A stretch of 64,000 nucleotides of DNA from a plasmid. The position numbers and the translations under genes were made by a program. The stretch is from the sequence record NZ_CP033968.1, one strand, 5' to 3'. Below, in pieces: positions 47,686 to 57,232 of this stretch. Under the pieces are notes generated by a model that was not told where the DNA came from, did not search any database, and saw only the letters and a list, made by a program, of their open reading frames with translations. The stretch's first letter is position 1. Each line of letters begins with the position of its first letter.

Positions 47686-48203
47686 CTACTTCGAGCCGCC
47701 TCGGTGCCCCTGAAAACTGCCGAGCCAGTTTGGGGTGAAGATCCTGGCAGATGGTGCGCGGCGGTAGACATGTGCGCGGTGCCAGGCCAGGTACCTTTGC
47801 ATAAATTTGTTCGGCTTCGGCCTGAGGTGTCCCGTGGCTAGGAAAGGGAGTTCACGCAGCTGGCAGTAGTCCCGAAACTCTGACGAGACTAACAGGGAGC
47901 CGTCATCATCGAACGAGACAAACCCGGGGCCGAACGCTTCGTCGATGTGTGCAGTGAGTACTAGGACGTTGGACAAATCCATCCTTTCCGCGTCCGAGGA
48001 GGCGGCCCACGACTTGATGTGTGTGACCCGAAGATGCGCTTGCTCCTGGAGCCCCGTCAATTGGCAGGATACGGCGTGCCGCCTCGAGAGCGCCCTCCAG
48101 AGCAAGTCTAGTCCGATCCGTTGTCTCGCATGCTGGTCGGCTACGGTGGCGTGGGTGATGCCTGCGGTTGCCTCCCGGTATTGATCCAGCAGCGATCTCG
48201 TGC
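47686..48203 (-). pseudogene. HNH endonuclease-domain coding segment, apparently the 3' half of a gene split by the IS3 element
   Basis: HIKSWAASSD...NVLVLTAHIDEAFGPGFVSFDDDG is an HNH (HxxxxW...N...H...FD) pattern. The minus-strand frame stays open from the first start-capable codon at 48105 up to the IS boundary at 48203. Confidence 0.45.
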
Positions 48204-48243
48204 TGACCTTGCCCCTGTTCCACGAATCCCATAACCGAGGGAA

Positions 48244-49137
48244 TTAGGCAGCCCGGTGTTGCTGAGCTGCGGACCAGTTTTTCTCGAACGTCATGGGGCT
48301 GACGTAGCCCAGCGTCGAGTGGAGTCGGCTGGCATTATAAAAGCCAAGCCAGTCAATTACCTCGTCCATTGCGGCGCGGCGGGTAGCGAACTGGCGACCG
48401 TGCAGGCGAGCGACCTTCAACGACCCCCACAGACTCTCAGTCGGCGCGTTGTCCCAGCAATCGCCCCTGCGGCTCATTGACGAGCGCATGCCATACGCCT
48501 TCAGGGCGTCTTGAAACAGATGGCTGCAATACTGGCTTCCCCGGTCGGTGTGCACAATCACACCGGCTTCCGGGCGGCGCCGGAACCAGGCCATGCGCAG
48601 CGCGTCCGTGACCAATTCGGCCTTCATGTGTGGTTGCATCGACCAGCCAACCACCTGCCGGCTGAACAGGTCGATGATGACCACCAGGTAGAGCCAGCCT
48701 TCGGCGGTCGCCACATAGGTTATGTCGCTCGTCCAGACTTGATTGGGTGCTGCTGGGCTAAAGTCGCGTTGCAGCAGATTGGGGGCCACCGGCAAATCGT
48801 GGTTCGAGTTGGTTGTCGCGATGTACTTGCGCTTGTGGCGGGCACGGATGCCGTGCAGCGCCATCAGCTTGCGAACACGCTCCTTGCCCACCCGCACCCC
48901 ACGCGCCAGCAGTTCCTTCCACATGCGCGGCCAGCCGTACTCCCCCTTGACCCCGGCGTGAATCGCCTTGATGTGGGCCAACAAGGCATCGTCACTGAGT
49001 CGGCCTCTATCTGGCCTGTCGGTGCTTACTGTGCGTTGCTTGCGCTGGTGATAGCCGCTGGGGCTGACCCCTAACAGCTCACACAGGACCGAGACCGGCC
49101 AGTAACGTCGGTTTCGCTCGATGAACGCATACCTCAC
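48244..49137 (-). CDS. IS3-family transposase OrfB (DDE integrase core), made as an OrfAB fusion by -1 frameshift
   Basis: DDE core (WTSDITYV, HTDRGSQY); the TTAAAAAAAG slippery site in the OrfA frame at about 49163-49172 leads into the OrfB frame. Confidence 0.9.
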   Translation of the reverse strand: MRYAFIERNRRYWPVSVLCELLGVSPSGYHQRKQRTVSTDRPDRGRLSDDALLAHIKAIHAGVKGEYGWPRMWKELLARGVRVGKERVRKLMALHGIRARHKRKYIATTNSNHDLPVAPNLLQRDFSPAAPNQVWTSDITYVATAEGWLYLVVIIDLFSRQVVGWSMQPHMKAELVTDALRMAWFRRRPEAGVIVHTDRGSQYCSHLFQDALKAYGMRSSMSRRGDCWDNAPTESLWGSLKVARLHGRQFATRRAAMDEVIDWLGFYNASRLHSTLGYVSPMTFEKNWSAAQQHRAA

Positions 49138-49430
49138 ACCGACTCCTTCGCAAAGTATGCTGCGGCTTTTTTTAAAATATCGCGCTCCATCTTCAAGCGC
49201 GCCACCTCCGCCCGAAGCCGGGCCAGCTCCATCTGCTCCGGGCTGACCGGCTTCATACCCGCACCAGTCAGCTTGCCTTCCCGCTCCGCCTTGACCCAGT
49301 TATGCAGCGTCTGCGCTCTGATGCCCAGGGTCGCGCTAACCACTGCCATGCTCTGCCCGCTCTTCACCAGCCGTACCGCTTCCAGCTTGAATTCCAGCGT
49401 GTACTGCGCCCGCTTTGTCTTGCTTGTCAT
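49134..49430 (-). CDS. IS3-family transposase OrfA (HTH)
   Basis: MTSKTKRAQYTLEFKLEAVRLV... is a typical IS3 OrfA with leucine zipper; AAGGAGAG upstream. Confidence 0.9.
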   Translation of the reverse strand: MTSKTKRAQYTLEFKLEAVRLVKSGQSMAVVSATLGIRAQTLHNWVKAEREGKLTGAGMKPVSPEQMELARLRAEVARLKMERDILKKAAAYFAKESV

Positions 49431-49490
49431 CACATCTCTCCTTGCTTCAGTTTAACCTCAGCAAGGGATTCGTTTTGCGGGGGCAAGCTC

Positions 49491-49996
49491 ATGCCGTTAT
49501 CGGTCGGTTGGCCAAACGTAGCTGCGATATCACCCTCATCCAACCGAATCGTGGATCGCGACGGCACTAGCAATGCGCTCACTTCGGCCGGAGAGTGCGA
49601 CACGACTGGGCTAAGAACATCCGGATTGATCAGCCCTACGCGAACATCGTGGTAAAGCCTGAAGAAGTCCTGCGCCTCGCTCAATCCGGCAAAACCAATA
49701 TCGAGCCAGGTTGAGCCGTGCCTGTCATAGCGCCTGGCTGGAGCAAACTGCCGCCACACCCAGCCAATGATGCGCGGCTGTGGCATGGCCGAAGACTCGA
49801 TCCGATCGGAGCAAATGGCCACGTCGATGCCGTTCCCAGGCCGGGTATCTGGCCAGTCGATCGTGCATACGATTTTCCAGTCTCGGACCAAGCCAACCCC
49901 GCTTGGCCGCGCGCTTTTCGCCGCGGCCAAGAATGCGCGCTCGGCTCCCGCAACCGTGGCCTGCAGTCGGAGGGGGACGACGGGAGGAGAAGGCAT
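49491..49996 (-). pseudogene. 5' part of a gene truncated by the IS3 insertion (possibly the N-terminal half of the HNH nuclease gene)
   Basis: The ORF runs into the IS inverted repeat; the C-terminal 12 residues are encoded by IS sequence. Confidence 0.4.
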
Positions 49997-50254
49997 TTGA
50001 CACCTTGTTCGGTCAGCTTACGTGTGCCGGCGCCGGCGATTGTTTCGGCCAATTCAGCGTATGGCTACAACCTATAGGCTGCAGAACAACCGACACCGGC
50101 CCACGAAAGCGTTGCAGATCTCCATCAATGCCGCGGACAAATAGGCAGATTTTGGCGGGGGAAAGGTCGAATATATGCCGTTATTCGCACCCCAATATAT
50201 AATGTAGCTAACAGTCAAGCGTGAAGGCCCCCTCCACATCTCCCGCGAGCGCAC

Positions 50255-51430
50255 ATGGCCAACAAGGAAATCTTCGAGCCGAAAGCCGTCGACTGGCAGA
50301 ACAACCCCGAACAAGCCTTTGACGGCTGGCTCTCAACGCTGAAGGGCCGCCGAAAGGATGCACCACAGCTGAAAGTCTCCTCAGTCGAGATCTACAAGCT
50401 GCAGTGGGGGAAATTCCTCTCATTCCTGCAAGAGCGGAAGGTCCGGGTCACCGAGACAACGGCGAAGGATGTCTCAGACTTTCTGTCGACGCTCGCGGAG
50501 ACAAACTCGTCAAGCCAGCGGGAACGATATCGTGCGCTCCTGGAACGGGTATTCAAGCACCTGCTTGGCGCCGATGCAACCACCAACGAGCGGCTCAATC
50601 CCGCTAGCTGTTCGGCCCAAGGGATAGAGCCGGGTAGAAAGAATTTATTGAATACATCGCTGCAAATGGGCTTCCTGCGCCGGTCTGAGTACGACGGGCT
50701 GGTCTCCCATCTGAACAGCGCACTCAAGCCAGCAAGCGACATCACCACGCACCGCAAACAGCTACGTGACCGAGCCATGGTGGCGGTGTTTCTCGGGGCC
50801 GGCCTGAAGGTTCACCAGGCACTGAGCTTGACTGTTAGCTGCATCGAGACAAAACGTGCCGTACAAATCACCGTTCAGGAGGAGGATTCGAAGTTCTTCC
50901 ACCAGGTGCGCGTCATGCCGTTCGCGGCGGATCTGCTCAAACGATGGTTGGCGCAGCGACGGAAGTGGGAGCGTGAATGTCTGAGGAAGGGCCGCAAGGT
51001 GGGCGATCTGGTCTTCCCGGCGGAGATTGTTGATCCCGACAGGCTGCAGGCCCTCGAGGAAGGTTCACCGGTGGCTATGCCCAGCTCCGGTTCATGGATC
51101 GACCTCCTCGAAGCAGGGAGCGCTGCAGGGATCTCCCGGCGTGGCCGCAATGGCACCGGTACCCGGTTGGTTGGGCGTGCGATGAACTCGGTCATGGCAC
51201 TGCGCGTCTGTGAGGCGGTCATGCAGGAGTCGGGGGTGTACACGAGCCGGGAGGGCGCCGCTGCCGAGAGCATCAGCCCCCAAATACTCCGGAACAGCTT
51301 TGCCGCGACTCTTTTTGCGTCAGGCGAAACGACGTTGGGCGTGCAGAACCAGCTGGGGTTTGCGGAAGAAATCTCCGCTGCGCGAGTGAAAGCCGCGTGG
51401 GATTCCTGGCGCAGCTTTGGCAATGACTAG
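50255..51430 (+). CDS. tyrosine-type site-specific recombinase/integrase
   Basis: C-terminal catalytic region ...ILRNSFAATLFASGETTLGVQNQLGF (the HxLR...LGH...Y-type box); 391 aa. Confidence 0.8.
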   Translation: MANKEIFEPKAVDWQNNPEQAFDGWLSTLKGRRKDAPQLKVSSVEIYKLQWGKFLSFLQERKVRVTETTAKDVSDFLSTLAETNSSSQRERYRALLERVFKHLLGADATTNERLNPASCSAQGIEPGRKNLLNTSLQMGFLRRSEYDGLVSHLNSALKPASDITTHRKQLRDRAMVAVFLGAGLKVHQALSLTVSCIETKRAVQITVQEEDSKFFHQVRVMPFAADLLKRWLAQRRKWERECLRKGRKVGDLVFPAEIVDPDRLQALEEGSPVAMPSSGSWIDLLEAGSAAGISRRGRNGTGTRLVGRAMNSVMALRVCEAVMQESGVYTSREGAAAESISPQILRNSFAATLFASGETTLGVQNQLGFAEEISAARVKAAWDSWRSFGND

Positions 51431-51547
51431 TGACTCGCCGGCAAGTCGCCGCCCCCCGTCCGGCGATCGCGGCAGCCACGACGCCACGTCATGCACACGA
51501 AATAGGCCAGCCGAGCGGATCAAAGCCGCGTGGGATAGCTGGCGCAG
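51389..51547 (+). repeat. 26-bp imperfect direct repeat of the integrase 3' end (51389-51414 and 51522-51547)
   Basis: AAAGCCGCGTGGGATTCCTGGCGCAG and AAAGCCGCGTGGGATAGCTGGCGCAG; the second copy still encodes KAAWDSWR. Confidence 0.85.
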
Positions 51548-52092
51548 ATTCTCGCCGGCCCGATTCTTCAGGGGTTGACGGCCGCCGGCGCGATCCCCCG
51601 TGCCAGTTCGGCGACGAGGGCGGCCATCCTGGAGCAATGCCCGCGCTTTTCTGGCGCAATATGAGGGTTGGCCGGGATTCGTGTATTTCTCGCCAGAATG
51701 ATCCTAAGGCGATGATTCAAAAGGGAATTTCCGATCAAGATCGGATTTTGCGGCGTCATGCAGCACGAATCCGTATCAGATCGCCAAGCGCATCGGCGTC
51801 GCCCATTACAGGGCAGGAACGCTACTGAATCAGCAAAGGTGGCTGGTTGGTGCGCTGAGAGGCAGCTGGAGTTGACGAGACAGTCTTTCTGAGAGAGCTA
51901 ACGGAACACGTTGAATCCCATCTACCGGGCTTGCAGAAACGTGGCAACCGAAAAAAATGGAGAGGGGCTATAGAGGGGAGCTCTTCACGGATAGGTTCGG
52001 TTGCCTCGTGGGTCAAAGGTGCGTTTGCCGTTCGCCCCCACATGGAGAACCTTCAACGGCAACAAGTCCTCCAGGTCTTCTGGCGTCATGAA

Positions 52093-52122
52093 TTGTGTCC
52101 ATCAAAATAGTGATGGACACAA
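52093..52122 (+). promoter_or_regulatory. perfect palindrome (12-bp arms, 6-bp spacer) upstream of the metal-efflux operon; candidate operator
   Basis: TTGTGTCCATCA-AAATAG-TGATGGACACAA. Confidence 0.4.
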
Positions 52123-52254
52123 TCATCTGCCGCCTCCCGACTGGGGGCTACGTTTGGCTAAATTCGCGCTTACGTTGTACGTTTGCGTACGCCTTAGTAC
52201 GGCAGCATCTCCCATCAGTACATTCAACGCGATGCCATGCGCTACAATGCGCGC

Positions 52255-52725
52255 ATGTCACGTGCAACCCTAAGCATCTCGCTTCGGGCTGTGTTGCTGC
52301 TTCTTATCGTGTTGCTGCAGCTGCTGAGCCCACTTCTGCACGGCCATTTCGGAATTCCGAAACAGACTGGCCTGCACGTGCACACCGCGCTTTCTGGCGC
52401 GGTTGATTCTCATTTTCAATCCCTCGGATCTTCCCATCATCGAGCCTCCGCGCATGAGGGGTATGCTCTTGATCGCGAGCTGGCTCTGACGAGCAGGGAA
52501 CCCTTTGAGGTTGATGTAGAGCCCTCGATCGGTCCATCGGATCTCGCCGGATTTCTTTGGGCTGCTGCGGGGCCTGGGTTATCGGCACTCACCTTTCTTC
52601 TGCTGGCAGCGCTTGCCTGTTCAGCCATATCACGCCCAGTCTTTCGGCCAGCACCAATTCGCGCGCGCTGGCGCGATCGCATCAATCGAACGCCTCCAGC
52701 GCAGGCTCCCCCACCGGCCTGCTGA
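52255..52725 (+). CDS. small secreted His-containing protein upstream of the efflux operon (start uncertain, 52237 or 52255)
   Basis: Hydrophobic N-terminus LRAVLLLLIVLLQLL; HGHFGIP, HVHT, SSHHRASAHEG. Confidence 0.4.
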   Translation: MSRATLSISLRAVLLLLIVLLQLLSPLLHGHFGIPKQTGLHVHTALSGAVDSHFQSLGSSHHRASAHEGYALDRELALTSREPFEVDVEPSIGPSDLAGFLWAAAGPGLSALTFLLLAALACSAISRPVFRPAPIRARWRDRINRTPPAQAPPPAC

Positions 52726-53033
52726 TCCTAAGCAGGCGGACGGCACGCGCGTCACGGTGCAGCAGAACACTCGTTGAGTTGATCTGCAACAGCCCCATCA
52801 CGCCCACCGTAGCGATCATGAATTCGTTAGGAGCATTGGCTTCTGACCCATCACGTTCGCTCGACGCCACAAGGCGGTAGCTGCATTGCTATCCGCTGGC
52901 CATCCACTGTTCCTACATTCTTGTTCGCGTCGCCTCGAAGCGCCACGCCGCAGTCGGTGTTCGTGCCGCTTCGGGAGGCGACGCAGTTGGAGGATGACGC
53001 CGACAGCGTTGCCTTCGTGGATTGGAGTCAGGC

Positions 53034-54119
53034 ATGTTTCTCAAACGAATTGTGGTGGTTGGCGCATCGATTGCACTGACCGCATTTCCTGTGCGTTGGG
53101 CTACTGCTCAACCGGCGGCACAGGCAGTGTCTCTGTCGGCCGAACAGGCGCGCGCACTGGGTGTGCGCTTTAGCTCGGTCGCAGCTTCTGGGGGCTTGGA
53201 AGTCGGCACCCACGCACGTGTCGTGTTCAAGCCGGATGCGCAATATGTGGTGGCGGCTCCGTACGCGGGCGTGGTGCCTCGCGCGCTGGTGTCACTGGGG
53301 CAGACCGTCCGCCCGAGTCAACCGCTGGCGAGTTTCCTGAGCCCGCAGCTCTTTGAAGCGAGCCGCGCGCTCACGGAGGCCAACTCGCAGGCGCGTTTGG
53401 CGCAGCAATCGCTCGCCCGCGATAAGGCGCTCTTTGATGACGGCATCATCGCCGGAAGCCGCTGGCAGGCAACGCAGGCGCGGGCCGCTGAGGCCAACGC
53501 CATGGCCATGGCGCGCCGGGCCGAACTGGCTTCCGCAGGTATCGCATTCGCTGGCGCGGGCGGCGAAGCGCAACTGATCGCGAATCATGGCGGCGTGGTG
53601 TCGGAGGTCAACGCTGTTCCGGGGGCGCGAGTTGAAGCGGCCGCGCCGCTTTTCCGGATCGTTGACCCGGCTGCGCTGGAGCTGGACCTGCTGGTTGGCC
53701 GCGATGTGCCCGTGCCAACCATAGGCGACCGCATCGAGATCGTGCCGCGCGGTGCAAGCGGTACGGTCATTGGCGTTGCGCCTTCGGGTGACGGTACGGC
53801 AGGGGTGCGTGTGCGGGCGTCGCTGGAGCGCCGTGGCGATCTGCGCGCCGGCGAGAGCGTCAACGTCACGCTCAAGCTGCGCGGCTCTAACGGCGCGGGC
53901 GCCTCGGGGCTGGTGCGGGTTCCGGCGGCCGCCTTGGCCTACGTGTCCGGCGTTCCGGGCGTGTTTGTCGCCACCGACAAAGGCTTCCGCTTCCAGGAGG
54001 TCGCCGTTGCCAGTACGGATGACGCCGTCGCTGTCCTGCGCGCCAATCTGCCTACAGGGACACGCGTAGCGGTTGCGGGCGTCGGTGCACTCAAGGGCTT
54101 GCTGGCGGGAGAACAGTGA
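53034..54119 (+). CDS. RND efflux membrane fusion (periplasmic adaptor) protein, CzcB/CusB-like
   Basis: GGAGTCAGGC upstream; signal/TM N-terminus; HlyD-type lipoyl and beta-barrel segments; 4-nt overlap with the RND gene. Confidence 0.85.
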   Translation: MFLKRIVVVGASIALTAFPVRWATAQPAAQAVSLSAEQARALGVRFSSVAASGGLEVGTHARVVFKPDAQYVVAAPYAGVVPRALVSLGQTVRPSQPLASFLSPQLFEASRALTEANSQARLAQQSLARDKALFDDGIIAGSRWQATQARAAEANAMAMARRAELASAGIAFAGAGGEAQLIANHGGVVSEVNAVPGARVEAAAPLFRIVDPAALELDLLVGRDVPVPTIGDRIEIVPRGASGTVIGVAPSGDGTAGVRVRASLERRGDLRAGESVNVTLKLRGSNGAGASGLVRVPAAALAYVSGVPGVFVATDKGFRFQEVAVASTDDAVAVLRANLPTGTRVAVAGVGALKGLLAGEQ

Positions 54120-57100
54120 TGCTGCCCCGCCTGATTGAGTTTTCTTTGCGCCAGCGTGTACTGGTGCTGATCGCGGCCGGCGTGCTTGCTGCCGCTGGCG
54201 TCTGGGCTTACCTGAACCTGCCGATTGATGCGTTTCCCGATATCTCGCCGACGCAGGTCAAGGTCGTGCTCAAGGTGCCGGGCATGACGCCGGAAGAAGT
54301 CGAGCAGCGTGTCTCGACACCCATCGAGCAGGAACTGCTCGGCCTTCCGCATAAGACGATCGTGCGCTCGGTGTCCAAATACGGCATCAGCGACGTGACG
54401 GTCGATTTTGAAGAGGGTGTGGACGTCTACTGGGCACGCCAGCAAGTGTCGGAGCGCCTGGCAGGTCTTGCCCGCGACCTGCCGTCGACAGCCGTGGGCG
54501 GCCTAGCGCCGATCACCACGCCGCTGGGCGAGATGTTCATGTTCACCGTGGAGGGCGACGGCTACTCGCTGGCGGAGCGGCGCCGAGTGCTGGACTGGGT
54601 CATCCGGCCGGCGTTGCGCACCGTTCCTGGCGTGGCCGATGTAAACGCATTGGGTGGCGAGGTCCGCAGCTATGAGGTAACGCCCGATCCGGCACGCCTG
54701 CGTGCACGGGGGGTGACGCTGGAGCAGCTGCGCCAGGCGCTGGATGCCAACAATCGCAACGATGGTGCGGGCCGGCTTGATCGCGGTGACGAGCACTGGG
54801 TGGTCCGCGTGGAAGGCGGCGTGCGCGGGCTCGACGATCTGCGAGCGATTGTCGTGGTGCCAGCGCAGAGTCCGGCGTCCAACCCTGCCGTCACCGTGGG
54901 CGATGTGGCCACCGTGCAGCTGGGTGAGGCGACCCGCAACGGCGCTGTCAGCAAGGATGGCAACGGTGAGGTAGTCGAAGGGCTGGTGCTGGGCCTGCGC
55001 GGCAGCGATGCCCGCAAGCTGGTCGAGGCGGTACAGGAACGGTTGGACACGCTTGGCCCTCAACTGCCCAAGGGCATGTCGGCACACGTGTTCTACAACC
55101 GTGGCGAGCTGGTGACACGCGCAGCCAACACGGTGGTGCGTGCGCTGATTGAAGCCAGCGTGTTGGTGGTCATCACGCTGTACCTGTTCCTGGGCGGTGT
55201 GCGGGCGGCGCTGGTGGTGGCGGCCACGCTGCCGCTGTCGATGCTGGCGACCTTCCTGCTGATGCGCTACGTGGGCCTGACCGCCAACCTGATGAGCCTG
55301 GGTGGACTGGCCATTGCTCTGGGCATGCTGGTGGATGCGGCGGTCGTTGTGGTGGAGAACATCGAGACTGCCATGGCGCGTGCCCAAGACCACAAGACCG
55401 ATCCAGCGCTGCGCGGGGCCGTGATCCGTCACGCAGTGGCTACCGTTGCAGTGCCGATGCTCTCCGGCGTTTCCATCATCGCCATCGTGTTCCTGCCGCT
55501 GTTGTCATTGCAGGGGCTGGAGGGCAAGTTGTTCGGGCCGGTGGCGCTGACCATCGTGCTGGCACTGGCCTCGTCTGTGGTGATCGCCTTTACGGTCGTG
55601 CCGGCGTTGGCCTCCATGCTGCTGCTCGCGCATGCGGATGAGGCGCCTTGGCTGATGCGCAAGGTGGCGGGTGGCTTTGCCCGCCTACAGGCCTGGACCA
55701 CGGCGCGCCGCCGCATCGTGTTTGGCGTGGCGGGGGCGGCGCTGGTCGTGGCGGTGGTGCTGTACATGTCAGTCGGCAAGACGTTCATGCCGACCATGGA
55801 CGAAGGCGATCTGATTGTGCAGTTGCAAAAGGCGCCGTCTGTTTCCCTGGCAGCATCGCTGGACCTGGACCAACGCGTGCAGCAAGCGCTGCTCAAAGAG
55901 GTGCCCGAGATCCGCTCCATCGTGGCGCGCTCCGGCTCCGACGACCTGGGCCTGGACCCGATGGGTCTGAATGAGACCGACACCTTCCTGGTGCTCAAGC
56001 CCAAGGACCAGTGGCGCGGCAGCAAGGAGGACATCGCGACAGCCATTCGTCACGTGATGGAGCGCTTCCCCGGCGTGATCTATGGCTTCACGCAGCCGAT
56101 CGAGATGCGCGTGTCGGAGATGCTGACCGGTACGCGCGGGGATATCGCCATCAAGCTCTTCGGCAGCGATCTCGCCGCTATTGACGCGGCCGCACAGGCC
56201 ATTGCTGCCAAGGTGCGCTCCATCCGTGGCGCCGCCGAGGTGATCGCGCCCAGCAACAGTGGTGTGCAGTACCTGAAGGTCTCGCTGGATCGCGCGGCAG
56301 TCGGCCACGCTGGCTTTACCGGAGATGCCCTGCAAACGCAGTTGCGAGCCCTGATCGAAGGTGACCGGATTGGCGTAGTGCCCGAAGGCATTGTGCGTAC
56401 ACCGCTGATTCTGCGCGGCGGAGCGGGCCTGCGCCAAGCGCCGGAGAACCTCACCGGCCTCCTGGTGACGGCGCCAGATGGCAAAACTTGGCCGCTCTCG
56501 TCTCTTGCCCGCATCGAACGCGTGGACGGGCCGGTGCGCATCAACCATGAAGACGGAGCCCGGTTTGCTGTGATCCAGGCCAACGTTGAAGGCCGGGATC
56601 TGGCCGGCTTTGTGCAGGAAGCACAGGGTGCGGTTGGCAGCATCAGCACGCTGCCGAAAGGACTGCGTGTTGTCTGGGGCGGCCAGTTCGAGAATCAGCA
56701 ACGTGCGGCGGCGCGTCTAGCACTGGTCGTGCCGCTGGCCTTGGGCGCCATCTTTCTGCTGCTGATGCTCACGTTCCGCTCGGTGCGGCAGGCGGTGCTG
56801 GTCGTCGCCAACATTCCGTTTGCACTCGTAGGCGGCATCGCCGCGCTGCGGATATCGGGCGAGTACCTGTCGGTGCCGGCCTCCGTCGGCTTTATCGCGC
56901 TGCTCGGGATCGCGGTGCTCAATGGTGTGGTGCTGGTCTCGCACTTCAACACCTTGCTGGAGTCGGGCTCGAGCATGGCGGAAACCGTGCGTGTGGGCGT
57001 GCAAGACCGCCTGCGGCCGGTGCTGATGACAGCCTGCATTACCGCACTGGGGATGATTCCGCTGCTATTGGCGAGCGGGCCAGGGTCGGAGATTCAACGC

Positions 57101-57232
57101 CCGCTGGCGATCGTAGTGTCGGGCGGGTTGCTTTCTTCGACGGCACTGACGCTGCTCCTGCTCCCCTTGCTGTTTGAACGCTTTGGTATGCCCCGGGCCC
57201 GGACGGCCGACGGGCAGGGAGATTTGCAATGA
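54116..57232 (+). CDS. heavy-metal efflux RND transporter (CusA/CzcA family)
   Basis: 1038 aa; N-terminus MMLPRLIEFSLRQRVLVLIAAGVLAAAGVWAYLNLPIDAFPDISPTQVKV is characteristic of the HME-RND family; 12 TM segments. Confidence 0.9.
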   Translation: MMLPRLIEFSLRQRVLVLIAAGVLAAAGVWAYLNLPIDAFPDISPTQVKVVLKVPGMTPEEVEQRVSTPIEQELLGLPHKTIVRSVSKYGISDVTVDFEEGVDVYWARQQVSERLAGLARDLPSTAVGGLAPITTPLGEMFMFTVEGDGYSLAERRRVLDWVIRPALRTVPGVADVNALGGEVRSYEVTPDPARLRARGVTLEQLRQALDANNRNDGAGRLDRGDEHWVVRVEGGVRGLDDLRAIVVVPAQSPASNPAVTVGDVATVQLGEATRNGAVSKDGNGEVVEGLVLGLRGSDARKLVEAVQERLDTLGPQLPKGMSAHVFYNRGELVTRAANTVVRALIEASVLVVITLYLFLGGVRAALVVAATLPLSMLATFLLMRYVGLTANLMSLGGLAIALGMLVDAAVVVVENIETAMARAQDHKTDPALRGAVIRHAVATVAVPMLSGVSIIAIVFLPLLSLQGLEGKLFGPVALTIVLALASSVVIAFTVVPALASMLLLAHADEAPWLMRKVAGGFARLQAWTTARRRIVFGVAGAALVVAVVLYMSVGKTFMPTMDEGDLIVQLQKAPSVSLAASLDLDQRVQQALLKEVPEIRSIVARSGSDDLGLDPMGLNETDTFLVLKPKDQWRGSKEDIATAIRHVMERFPGVIYGFTQPIEMRVSEMLTGTRGDIAIKLFGSDLAAIDAAAQAIAAKVRSIRGAAEVIAPSNSGVQYLKVSLDRAAVGHAGFTGDALQTQLRALIEGDRIGVVPEGIVRTPLILRGGAGLRQAPENLTGLLVTAPDGKTWPLSSLARIERVDGPVRINHEDGARFAVIQANVEGRDLAGFVQEAQGAVGSISTLPKGLRVVWGGQFENQQRAAARLALVVPLALGAIFLLLMLTFRSVRQAVLVVANIPFALVGGIAALRISGEYLSVPASVGFIALLGIAVLNGVVLVSHFNTLLESGSSMAETVRVGVQDRLRPVLMTACITALGMIPLLLASGPGSEIQRPLAIVVSGGLLSSTALTLLLLPLLFERFGMPRARTADGQGDLQ

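Larger units (their letters stand above)
48204..49490 (-). mobile_element. IS3-family insertion sequence (1287 bp)
   Basis: Terminal inverted repeats TGACCTTGCCCCTGTTCCACGAATCCC / reverse complement TGAGCTTGCCCCCGCAAAACGAATCCC; OrfA plus OrfB with a slippery site; flanking TGC/TGC suggests a 3-bp TSD. Confidence 0.85.

Noticed and set aside
1-50000. Integrative conjugative element
   Set aside because: No relaxase, coupling protein, T4SS, ssb, topoisomerase or replication genes in the window. The ParB-like gene lacks an adjacent ParA. An ICE cannot be claimed from this window alone.
51430-51828. 132-aa plus-strand ORF downstream of the integrase
   Set aside because: Low-complexity Arg/Gly-rich translation that contains the integrase 3' remnant; more likely non-coding att/remnant DNA.
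50000-52240. tRNA or tmRNA gene next to the integrase as integration target
   Set aside because: Scanned both flanks for tRNA-like acceptor and T-arm patterns (GGTTCGAATCC-type) and found none. The only repeat is the integrase 3' end duplication.
54503-56701. Large antisense ORFs inside the RND transporter gene (for example 54503-55432 and 55769-56701 on the minus strand)
   Set aside because: Typical high-GC shadow ORFs; the plus-strand RND gene is unambiguous.
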